A stretch of 27,580 nucleotides of DNA from an uncultured archaeon (GTDB lineage Archaea; Iainarchaeota; Iainarchaeia; Iainarchaeales; DTGL01): the NCBI GenBank assembly GCA_964551725.1, contig CAZKED010000018.1, positions 1-27,580 of the forward strand, written 5' to 3'. How positions within the stretch are numbered: the first letter of the stretch is position 1; every line of letters begins with the position of its first letter. Of this stretch, positions 1-7,046 are shown piece after piece. Made by a program: the position numbers and the translations under genes. The notes below the pieces were generated by a model that worked only from the letters and a program-made list of their open reading frames with translations, was not told the origin of the DNA and did not search any database.

Positions 1-2
1 GT

Positions 3-227
3 CATTCTTCGTGTCATTCTTCCTGTCATGCCAGTTGCCATAATTCCGGTCACTCCTCTTGTCACTCATCGCATTCATCGTGCCATGCCTCCCACTCATC
101 GTGCCATGCTTCACATTCTTCATGCCATGCCTCTCACGACTCATGCCACGTATCATGCCAGCACGACGATCACAATTCCTGCGGCGTTGGAATGTGCTGT
201 CTCTCGTGCTGCCCCAAGTCAGGCTAG
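3..227 (+). CDS. Cys/His/Ser-rich His-Xaa-Ser repeat peptide, putative RiPP precursor (5'-truncated; C-terminal 74 aa visible)
   Basis: Manual translation of frame 3: HSSCHSSCHASCHNSGHSSCHSSHSSCHASHSSCHASHSSCHASHDSCHVSCQHDDHNSCGVGMCCLSCCPKSG*, TAG at 225-227. It has 15 HxS motifs, 16 His, 14 Cys and 24 Ser. The three HSSCHAS units differ only at synonymous third positions. It lies directly upstream of radical SAM/SPASM genes. It is absent from the ORF track because its start is outside the window. Confidence 0.9.
   Translation, partial: HSSCHSSCHASCHNSGHSSCHSSHSSCHASHSSCHASHSSCHASHDSCHVSCQHDDHNSCGVGMCCLSCCPKSG
51..155 (+). repeat. Imperfect 21-bp tandem repeat x5 (HSSCHSS, HSSCHAS x3, HDSCHVS), preceded by 12-bp CHxS units
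   Basis: Units at 51-71, 72-92 (cattcatcgtgccatgcctcc), 93-113 (cactcatcgtgccatgcttca), 114-134 (cattcttcatgccatgcctct) and 135-155. Confidence 0.9.
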
Positions 228-252
228 CGCCTTAAAAGGGCGAGTGTTTTTT
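228..252 (+). terminator. Short hairpin plus T6 directly after the precursor stop (possible partial terminator/attenuator)
   Basis: CGCCTT-AAA-AGGGCG stem (228-242, one G-U pair) followed by TTTTTT at 247-252. Confidence 0.4.
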
Positions 253-1536
253 GTGATTGATTTCGGTCTGAATCCCTTTGACGAGAACATACCCATTCAC
301 TTCTATTCAGAGTTCCGCCTTATAGGCAGGATTGGAGACCACAGCGTTTACTTTTCCTCTCTGGGAAGCAAGGTCATCATATGCACTGACAGCGATCCCA
401 TTAACAGGAAACTGGAGGAGGCGAGAGGCAAAGAACCCGAAATATCCAAATTCCTCAACAAAAAGCGCGTTATAAGCATTTTTGTAACAACACACTGCAA
501 CTGCAACTGCGCTTACTGTTATGCCAAAGGCGTTCAGGCAAGCCCCCCGAAACAGAGCTTTGAAAAAATCAGGGAATTCCTTGACGCAGTCATTGATGAT
601 GGCAGGCAAATAGACCGCGTCAGGTTCCAGGGCGGAGGCGAGCCGACCACTGAAATGCCGCTTATAAAAAAAACCATTGAATACGCAAAAAGCAGGTTCG
701 GCATAACAAAATTTGAAATTCAGACCAACCTCCTTTTCAGTGAAAAAAACGCCGGCTTCATAGGGGACAACTTTTCATATGTGTGCGCCTCGGTTGACGG
801 TCCCGAGGAAATCCAGGCAAAGCACAGGAGAGTTAGCCCCGAAGAAAACAAAATAATCAAAAGGAATCTCAGGCACCTGCCCAAAAGAAACCTCGATTTC
901 TCGATAAAGTGCACTGTTTCAAAATACTCAAACGAAAAACTGAAGGAGATTGTCGACTATTTTTCATCCCTTGGGGTTAAAACGGCTGTTTTTGAACCTG
1001 TATTTGAAATGGGGAACGCTTCTGCCCAGGCAAGCGATTTCAACACCCCGCCGGAGTTCAGCGAGTTCCTTGAAAGGTTTACCGAGGCAAAAAAATACGG
1101 GGAGAAAAAAGGTTTTTTCGCATATTCTTGCTTCCTGCCCTTGGAGCATTCAGGCATCCATTACTGCGGCGGAACCTACTGCGAGCCATGCCTTACCACA
1201 GACGGCTATATAAGCACGTGCGACGAGCACTTTGTCGGAAAAGGAGACAAGAGCCCCTTTATAATAGGCAAAATGGACCGGAAAAGCAAAAAAGCGCGCT
1301 ATAATGAAAGCAAAATTGCATTTCTAAAGGGAAGAATTGCGCCAGAACTCGCTTCCTGCAGCGACTGCTTTCTCAAGTGGAGCTGCCGGGGCCAGTGCCC
1401 TTCCCGCACCCTTGCAGAAACAGGAGACATTTACAAACCGAACCCGGAAAAATGCAAAATAATAAAACAATATTCAAGGGAGTATTTATTGTACAGGGCG
1501 AGGGCGGCATTGGATGAAAAAGGAAAGCATATTTAA
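253..1536 (+). CDS. Radical SAM/SPASM domain peptide maturase 1 (HxsB-like; N-terminal RRE-like extension)
   Basis: CNCNCAYC (CxxxCxxC), FQGGGEP, SVDGP and SPASM cysteines (YCGG..DGYISTC..CSDCFLKWSCRGQC..KC). The likely start is GTG at 253 (or 244). The ORF-track extension 28-252 is an out-of-frame read of the precursor gene. Confidence 0.9.
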   Translation: MIDFGLNPFDENIPIHFYSEFRLIGRIGDHSVYFSSLGSKVIICTDSDPINRKLEEARGKEPEISKFLNKKRVISIFVTTHCNCNCAYCYAKGVQASPPKQSFEKIREFLDAVIDDGRQIDRVRFQGGGEPTTEMPLIKKTIEYAKSRFGITKFEIQTNLLFSEKNAGFIGDNFSYVCASVDGPEEIQAKHRRVSPEENKIIKRNLRHLPKRNLDFSIKCTVSKYSNEKLKEIVDYFSSLGVKTAVFEPVFEMGNASAQASDFNTPPEFSEFLERFTEAKKYGEKKGFFAYSCFLPLEHSGIHYCGGTYCEPCLTTDGYISTCDEHFVGKGDKSPFIIGKMDRKSKKARYNESKIAFLKGRIAPELASCSDCFLKWSCRGQCPSRTLAETGDIYKPNPEKCKIIKQYSREYLLYRARAALDEKGKHI

Positions 1537-2680
1537 GCCGAGTTCCGTTGGACCGAGAGCCCACTGGATAACCCTCTTCCTGACAACGAGATGCAATCTT
1601 GCCTGCGATTACTGCTACAACGAGGGAATTGAGCAAAAGGACCTCTCCTTTGAAAAAGCGAAGAAAATCGTCGACTGGTTCCTAGAGCAGTCTTTTGAAG
1701 AAGAGAAGGGAATTTCCTTTTTCGGAGGAGAACCGCTGCTCAAATTCGACCTCATGAAAAAAATAGTTGCATACGCAAAATCAAGGGACCCGGAAATAAA
1801 ATTCTCGATAACCACGAACGGAACGCTGATCTCCGAAGAGCACGTGCAGTTCTTCAACAAAAATTTTAAATACTTCGTGCTCAGCCTGGACGGACCCAGA
1901 GAAGTGCATGACACTCACAGGAAGTTCAAGGACGGCAGCGGCTCGTTTGATTCCATAGATTTCGCTGTGCTTAAGAAAATAAAAGGCCTCGCAATTGCCG
2001 CAGTTGTCACCCCGAAAACCGTGCACCGCCTGTATGACACGCTCATGTTCCAGAGGAAACTGAAAGAAGAATACGACCTTTTGGACTACGGCTTCAGGTT
2101 TGCTTACGAACTCGACTGGAAGGAAGAAGATATCGAGGAATACCGCTCCCAGTTGAAGGCTCTCGCCGATTATTACGTGGAAAATTATAAAAAGCAGGGT
2201 CCTAAATTCTCCTTGCCCAATTTTGACGAATTCCTGGGCGCGATTGCCGTCGGGGAGAACATGCCCAAGTATTACTGCGATGCAGGGCGGGCGAAATTTG
2301 CTGTTTCGCCGACAGGCGAGCTTTACTCATGCCACCGCTTTTATTCGGGCAGACTCCACTGCCTGGGCAACGTGCTTAAAAGCGTTGACATTGCACCACT
2401 TGAAAAAAACAATTATTTTATCACCGAATTTGAGGGAAAATGCGTGAACTGCAAGGCAAAGTGCCTGTGCTCAAGGTGCGCCGCGGTGAGGAGATACTTT
2501 TCCAAGGGAGGCAATGAAATGCCCGCTTACATATGCAGGATGACCAACATAACCCATGAAACCATGCAGGAAATAATAGAAAGACTGAAACACGTGCCGA
2601 GCTTCAGGAAAAAATTTAACAGGGAAAGAATAATAGGGGGGCTGACTCGCTACACGCCGGACCACAACCCCAGGGTTTGA
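1514..2680 (+). CDS. Radical SAM/SPASM domain protein 2 (anSME/peptide-maturase type, no N-terminal extension)
   Basis: CNLACDYC, FFGGEPLL, TTNGTL, SLDGPREVHD, YCDAG..TGELYSCHRF, CVNCKAKCLCSRC..IC. Overlaps the upstream gene by 23 nt. Confidence 0.93.
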   Translation: MKKESIFKPSSVGPRAHWITLFLTTRCNLACDYCYNEGIEQKDLSFEKAKKIVDWFLEQSFEEEKGISFFGGEPLLKFDLMKKIVAYAKSRDPEIKFSITTNGTLISEEHVQFFNKNFKYFVLSLDGPREVHDTHRKFKDGSGSFDSIDFAVLKKIKGLAIAAVVTPKTVHRLYDTLMFQRKLKEEYDLLDYGFRFAYELDWKEEDIEEYRSQLKALADYYVENYKKQGPKFSLPNFDEFLGAIAVGENMPKYYCDAGRAKFAVSPTGELYSCHRFYSGRLHCLGNVLKSVDIAPLEKNNYFITEFEGKCVNCKAKCLCSRCAAVRRYFSKGGNEMPAYICRMTNITHETMQEIIERLKHVPSFRKKFNRERIIGGLTRYTPDHNPRV

Positions 2681-2684
2681 GGAA

Positions 2685-2701
2685 CCGGCTTCAAGGGCTG
2701 G
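2685..2701 (+). terminator. Small hairpin between the convergent rSAM2 and methyltransferase genes
   Basis: CCGGCT-TCAAG-GGCTGG, with G-U pairs and no U-tract. Confidence 0.25.
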
Positions 2702-2706
2702 CGGAT

Positions 2707-3606
2707 TCAAATCCTTTCCGCGCTGAAATGCAGTGAGAACGGATTGCAGGGCTCGAATTCAAGGGAAAAACTCACTTCGCCGCCTTTTTCAACCAATTGC
2801 TCGTTCTCCAAGAAAAAAAAGCGCGGCTGCCAGTGCACTTTTTTTATAAAAGGGTTAAGTTCAGTTCCTTCCGAAAACCTTATCACCGAAAAAGCGAAAA
2901 AAGACTGGAGTTTTCCCCCTCTTTCCATTTTAAAATTTGCCGTGCCCTTTACCTTTTTTTCCCTGAATTTTTTAAGGTCTATTTCTTTTATTATTTTAGG
3001 CTCTGCAAGGATTTTTCCCCGCTCTACGTGCTGCCACTGCCCGAGGACAGTGCGGAGAAACTGATTTTCCGGCAGCAGTACTCCGCGGGGCAGGGAATTT
3101 TTTCCGGAGGACAGAAACAGTTTTTCATTCTCTATGGGAGCGCACATTATTTTTACGTTTTCGGGAATGGTTTTCCCGTTTCTTTTCAGCAGGTTTTTTA
3201 CTGCGTATTTCATCAAGGGAATCAATTGTTCAAAAAAACAAATGGAGGATATCGTTTCGCTTATTACAACATCTGCTTTTTCATCAAGCAGGAAATCGAA
3301 CGCGTTTCCCTCGACTAGCCGGATTTTATGGTCTAGATTGTTCCTTTTAATCATTTCCCTTGCGACCATCACCGAGTTCGGGTTTATTTCAACAGCGAAA
3401 ACCTTTCTTGCACCGGCCATTGCCGCAAAAATTGACAAAATGCCGGAGCCCGCCCCCAAATCAACAACCAGGTCCCCTTCCCCAACTGTTTCGTATATTG
3501 CCTTGGCTAGGACGGATGTTCTCTCCGCGCCCATGAGCAATTCCGTTACGTGCTGAACAGGATAAAAGGATTCCCCCGCCAGTGCTTTTGAAGACTCTTT
3601 CCCCAT
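2707..3606 (-). CDS. SAM-dependent methyltransferase with protein-arginine-methyltransferase (PRMT)-like motifs
   Basis: Motif I VVDLGAGSG, post-I VFAVE, KADVVISE-x8-E double-E loop, LLKRNGKTIP and VHWQ (THW-loop-like). Start is taken at ATG 3606 (MGKESS); the ORF-track start at 3756 overlaps rSAM3. Confidence 0.85.
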   Translation of the reverse strand: MGKESSKALAGESFYPVQHVTELLMGAERTSVLAKAIYETVGEGDLVVDLGAGSGILSIFAAMAGARKVFAVEINPNSVMVAREMIKRNNLDHKIRLVEGNAFDFLLDEKADVVISETISSICFFEQLIPLMKYAVKNLLKRNGKTIPENVKIMCAPIENEKLFLSSGKNSLPRGVLLPENQFLRTVLGQWQHVERGKILAEPKIIKEIDLKKFREKKVKGTANFKMERGGKLQSFFAFSVIRFSEGTELNPFIKKVHWQPRFFFLENEQLVEKGGEVSFSLEFEPCNPFSLHFSAERI

Positions 3607-3703
3607 GCCGAAAACCACGTAAAGTAACAGAATAAGTTGATAACCCATATAAAAGAATATCGAAACAAAAAAATATTTACACTCCTTCCAGGCAGGGCTT
3701 GTC
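3607..3703. promoter_or_regulatory. AT-rich divergent promoter region (methyltransferase / rSAM3 operon)
   Basis: TATAAAA at 3648-3654 and an A-rich tract followed by AATATTTA about 25 nt before ATG 3704, resembling archaeal BRE/TATA. Confidence 0.45.
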
Positions 3704-4795
3704 ATGGCTTCCAACGAATTCCGCACTGTTTTCATGTTTTTGACAAATGACTGCAACCTCTCGTGCCCTTACTGCTTTGTGAAAAAAAGCGGGAAGCGCA
3801 TGTCCTCCAATACGGCAAAGGCAACCATTGATTTCATGCTCAGCCAAGCAAGGCACACGAACAGGATTGGCATCACGCTGTTCGGCGGCGAGCCATTGCT
3901 TGAATTCGGGCTCGTAAAAAAGCTTGTGAAATACGCCCGGGAAAAGGAAAAAGAACACAATAAAAGAATTGAAATAGGAATCACGACTAACGGAACCCTT
4001 TTCACCCGTGAAATTATGGATTTCCTCAGAGAAAACGACATAGGCCTAGTTTTCAGTTTTGAAGGCGATGAAAAGAGAATGGTTAAAGTAAAGGGAAAGC
4101 AGGCTTACGAAAAATGCCTCTGGGCAGTCGGGGAATTGAAGAAAAGGGATTTCAGCCTGGCTGCCCGGGTTACGGTTGAACCAAGTGATTTGAGGCTGGC
4201 TGATTTTGCCCAGCACATATTCGGACTGGGCTTTTCATATGCTGCCTTTGTCCCCGTGGCAGAGATGAAATGGGACCAGGAAAAAACGGACAGGGCATTG
4301 ATGGAGCTAGCCGAATACTATATCAGCCAGGCAAGGCAGGGCAGCATACCGAAACTGCCCTATATTAACCGGCTTCTGGGCATTAGGCACGGAACAGTTA
4401 AGCCCAAGGGGATATTCTGCGGGATTGGAAGGGCATCCATTGCCGTAACGGCTGATGGGGAAATTCTGCCCTGCCACCGTGCGGAAGCATGGGAACACGA
4501 CTTTGTTCTCGGGAATGTTTTTGACGGCAAAATCGACGAAAAAAAATTAAACCCCTTCCTGGAATACGGAAGGAATGATTTTATAGGATGCGATGGATGC
4601 GGTGCAAGACCCTACTGCAGCGGCTCCTGCCTGGCCACCGCATACAAATTCAACGGAAACATGTTCAAGCCGCTGGAGGGTCACTGCATATGGACCCGTG
4701 CGCAGGTCAGGGCAGCAGACCACATTTACAATGTTTTGGTTGAAAAAGAAAAAAACGAGCGCCTTCTCTCTGCGCTGGAGCATTTTGAGTGGTGA
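3704..4795 (+). CDS. Radical SAM/SPASM domain protein 3 (similar type to rSAM2)
   Basis: CNLSCPYC, LFGGEPLL, TTNGTL, FCGIG..DGEILPCHR, CDGCGARPYCSGSC..HC. Confidence 0.93.
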   Translation: MASNEFRTVFMFLTNDCNLSCPYCFVKKSGKRMSSNTAKATIDFMLSQARHTNRIGITLFGGEPLLEFGLVKKLVKYAREKEKEHNKRIEIGITTNGTLFTREIMDFLRENDIGLVFSFEGDEKRMVKVKGKQAYEKCLWAVGELKKRDFSLAARVTVEPSDLRLADFAQHIFGLGFSYAAFVPVAEMKWDQEKTDRALMELAEYYISQARQGSIPKLPYINRLLGIRHGTVKPKGIFCGIGRASIAVTADGEILPCHRAEAWEHDFVLGNVFDGKIDEKKLNPFLEYGRNDFIGCDGCGARPYCSGSCLATAYKFNGNMFKPLEGHCIWTRAQVRAADHIYNVLVEKEKNERLLSALEHFEW

Positions 4796-4799
4796 ATAA

Positions 4800-7046
4800 A
4801 TGAAGCCAGGAATTGAAACCCCGGGAAAACAAAAGCCGAAAATCATGGAAAATTTCGACGTTTATTTCGCCCGAAAGGACTGCCTTAAAGCGGTTTTCAG
4901 TTCAGTCGGCGCGCGTTTCGAGATGAGAGTGCACAACCCCGTGCTGTTCACGCATCTCCTTTACCTGATGAACGGAAACAATTCAATTGAAGAAATATGC
5001 AGTAAAGCAAAAATCGGCAGAACAGAGTTAGAGCGGCTTGTTTCATGCCTGGACGAAAACGGCGTGCTCTGCCAGGAAAGAAAAATAAAAGCCGGGAAAA
5101 CCGCCGCAGAGCTGCGCGGGGAAATTGGTCATCCCGGCAAAGACCTTTTCAAAGGAGTGAAAGTATTCGGAACGCCCAGGGCTGCCGCAATTCTCTCGAA
5201 AATAACAAAAGGCGGGGAAGTCTATGCTGTCAGCCTGGACAGCACGGCAAAACAAAAAAAAACAAGAACCGTGAACCCGCTGGGCGGAGAGTTGCCGGAA
5301 TTACTGGAAAACTGCAGGGCTGTTTTCTGCTGCCTCAATTCGACATACGAAGGATTCCAGGAAAGGATAAACAAAGAATGCGTAAAAAGAAGAATAGGGG
5401 TGGTAAACCTCCAGCTTGACGGCATGCTCGGACCAACGTATGACAGCAGGTCCGAATCCTGCTTTTCGTGTTACGTAAAAAGAAAAGAGGAAAACGAATT
5501 AAAAAAAATAGTGATTCCAGTAATCGCCAAAAAGGAATATTCTTCCCTGGAACTTCCCGATGATGCGGTAAAAAAAGCGATAGGGGAAGGAATCACCGAA
5601 CTCGAAAACCTGAAGAAAGGCAGGCCGGCGTTCAGAAACCATGTCAAACTGCTGGCGCAGGAAAAAAAGGAATACGTAATTCCTAACCCTGGCTGCAATT
5701 TTCCAAAGCGGAGCAAAAAAAGCCAAAGATCACGCAAGCTCGCAATAAAAAGCAGGAGAATCTCTTTCAGGGAGAACGGCTGGAGAATTGCCAGTGCAAA
5801 AAAAACCATTAAAAAGGCAGAGAAACTGATAGGACCTATTGGCATTGTCTCAAAGGTAACCCAGGAAAGACATCCCGTCATTGAAACAATGAACGTATTC
5901 GCTTATGACGCAAGAGACCCCGAAGAGAGGCATGCGGGAAAGGGCTTCACCTCAGATCAGAAAACGGCGAGCGCGATTCTTGAAGCGGTTGAAAGGTTCA
6001 GCGCTCGCCAGAGCGGGACAGAGCAGTTGGTAAAGGCAAGCTACAGCGAACTGAAAAAAAGCGCGGCAAACCCCGCGGTGGACCCAAAGAAAGTTCTTTT
6101 GGGCAATTGGAAAAATATCTATAAATACAATGCCGAAAGGGAAATCGAATGGTTCCAGTCCTATTGCCTGAACGACCTCCAGGGAAAACTGGTGCCGGCT
6201 CCACTAGTCTTCCTAGACTACTACCGCGGCAAGGGCGCTCCCTTCCTCAGGGGCATGGGAGCCGGCAGCACCGGGCTGGCGGCGGGAAACTGCCTGGAGG
6301 AAGCAATACTGCACGCAATATTTGAACTGGTTGAAAGGGATTCTGTAATAATAGTCCACCAGAACAGGTTCAACATGCCTGACCTGAATCTCCAGGATTG
6401 CAAAAGCAGGCAAATCAACGAATTCCTGGACATGCTCAACGGAAAGGGATTCGCCTACAGGGTTAAGGATTTAACGCTGGACATACCCATTCCGACGATA
6501 GGCGTTTTTTTGCATAAAGTGGACGAAGAGGGAATCTGCTCTTTTGGAGCGGGAACGCATTTCGACCCCGAAATAGCACTATCCAGAGCACTCCAAGAGG
6601 CAGTCCAGGCCTCCTCTTACAGCGGGAGAGAGCCCTGGAACCGGTTCGGTTCCCTTGAGCACTTCAAGGCAAAGGGACCGGAGGGAAAAGGGATAGGGGA
6701 AATCAATTCCGGCAGATTCAAAAACCTCAAAAAAGCCTTGGACAAGTGCGTTGAAATTTTCGACCAGAGGGGGGAAAAAATATTGGTTGCGGACCTCTCA
6801 AAGCCGGGCATTGGATTTTCGGTTGTAAGAGCAATGGCACCTTCCCTGCAACAGCCAATCCACCCCCTCAACCCTGTTTTCTCCAAGCGGCTGTTCGAAG
6901 CCGCGGAAAAAAGGGGGCATTCCAAAATTGAAAACAAAAGAAAAATCAGGGAATTGAACTATCTCCCCGGCTATCACAGCACGATTGACTGGGTTGACTG
7001 GTTCTCGAACAAATATTCAGAAAATAAAGGAAGTGCTTTGGATTGA
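4800..7046 (+). CDS. YcaO-family protein fused to N-terminal RRE/wHTH-like and E1/ThiF-like (TOMM C-type) domains
   Basis: YcaO ATP-binding motifs GKG..SAILEAVERFS, STGLAAGNCLEEAILHAIFELVERD, ALSRALQEAVQ and DLS..VVRA.AP.LQ. E1-like INKEC..LGP..CFSC. N-terminal LMNGNNSIEEI..LVSCLDENGVL winged-helix pattern. GGTGA SD-like sequence upstream. Confidence 0.92.
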   Translation: MKPGIETPGKQKPKIMENFDVYFARKDCLKAVFSSVGARFEMRVHNPVLFTHLLYLMNGNNSIEEICSKAKIGRTELERLVSCLDENGVLCQERKIKAGKTAAELRGEIGHPGKDLFKGVKVFGTPRAAAILSKITKGGEVYAVSLDSTAKQKKTRTVNPLGGELPELLENCRAVFCCLNSTYEGFQERINKECVKRRIGVVNLQLDGMLGPTYDSRSESCFSCYVKRKEENELKKIVIPVIAKKEYSSLELPDDAVKKAIGEGITELENLKKGRPAFRNHVKLLAQEKKEYVIPNPGCNFPKRSKKSQRSRKLAIKSRRISFRENGWRIASAKKTIKKAEKLIGPIGIVSKVTQERHPVIETMNVFAYDARDPEERHAGKGFTSDQKTASAILEAVERFSARQSGTEQLVKASYSELKKSAANPAVDPKKVLLGNWKNIYKYNAEREIEWFQSYCLNDLQGKLVPAPLVFLDYYRGKGAPFLRGMGAGSTGLAAGNCLEEAILHAIFELVERDSVIIVHQNRFNMPDLNLQDCKSRQINEFLDMLNGKGFAYRVKDLTLDIPIPTIGVFLHKVDEEGICSFGAGTHFDPEIALSRALQEAVQASSYSGREPWNRFGSLEHFKAKGPEGKGIGEINSGRFKNLKKALDKCVEIFDQRGEKILVADLSKPGIGFSVVRAMAPSLQQPIHPLNPVFSKRLFEAAEKRGHSKIENKRKIRELNYLPGYHSTIDWVDWFSNKYSENKGSALD

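Noticed and set aside
1-180. Tandem repeats as a CRISPR array or non-coding satellite
   Set aside because: There are no unique spacers, unit lengths are multiples of 3 with third-position variation, and no cas genes are in the window.
28-252. His/Thr/Ala/Pro-rich N-terminal extension of the 502-aa rSAM ORF
   Set aside because: It is an out-of-frame reading of the precursor repeat. Synonymous variation favours frame 3, and rSAM-like sequence starts near GTG 253.
3607-3756. N-terminal 50 aa of the methyltransferase ORF
   Set aside because: It overlaps the rSAM3 start on the opposite strand and spans AT-rich promoter-like DNA. ATG 3606 is more plausible.
1514-4795. rSAM2/rSAM3 as anaerobic sulfatase maturases or PqqE/NirJ cofactor enzymes
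   Set aside because: No sulfatase, pqq or heme d1 genes are in the window, and the context (precursor, YcaO, HxsD) favours peptide maturases. Not formally excluded.
4800-7046. YcaO as methanogen MCR thioamidase or as an uS12-modification factor because rps12 is nearby
   Set aside because: There are no tfuA or mcr genes here, and the RRE/E1 fusion and operon position point to a peptide substrate.
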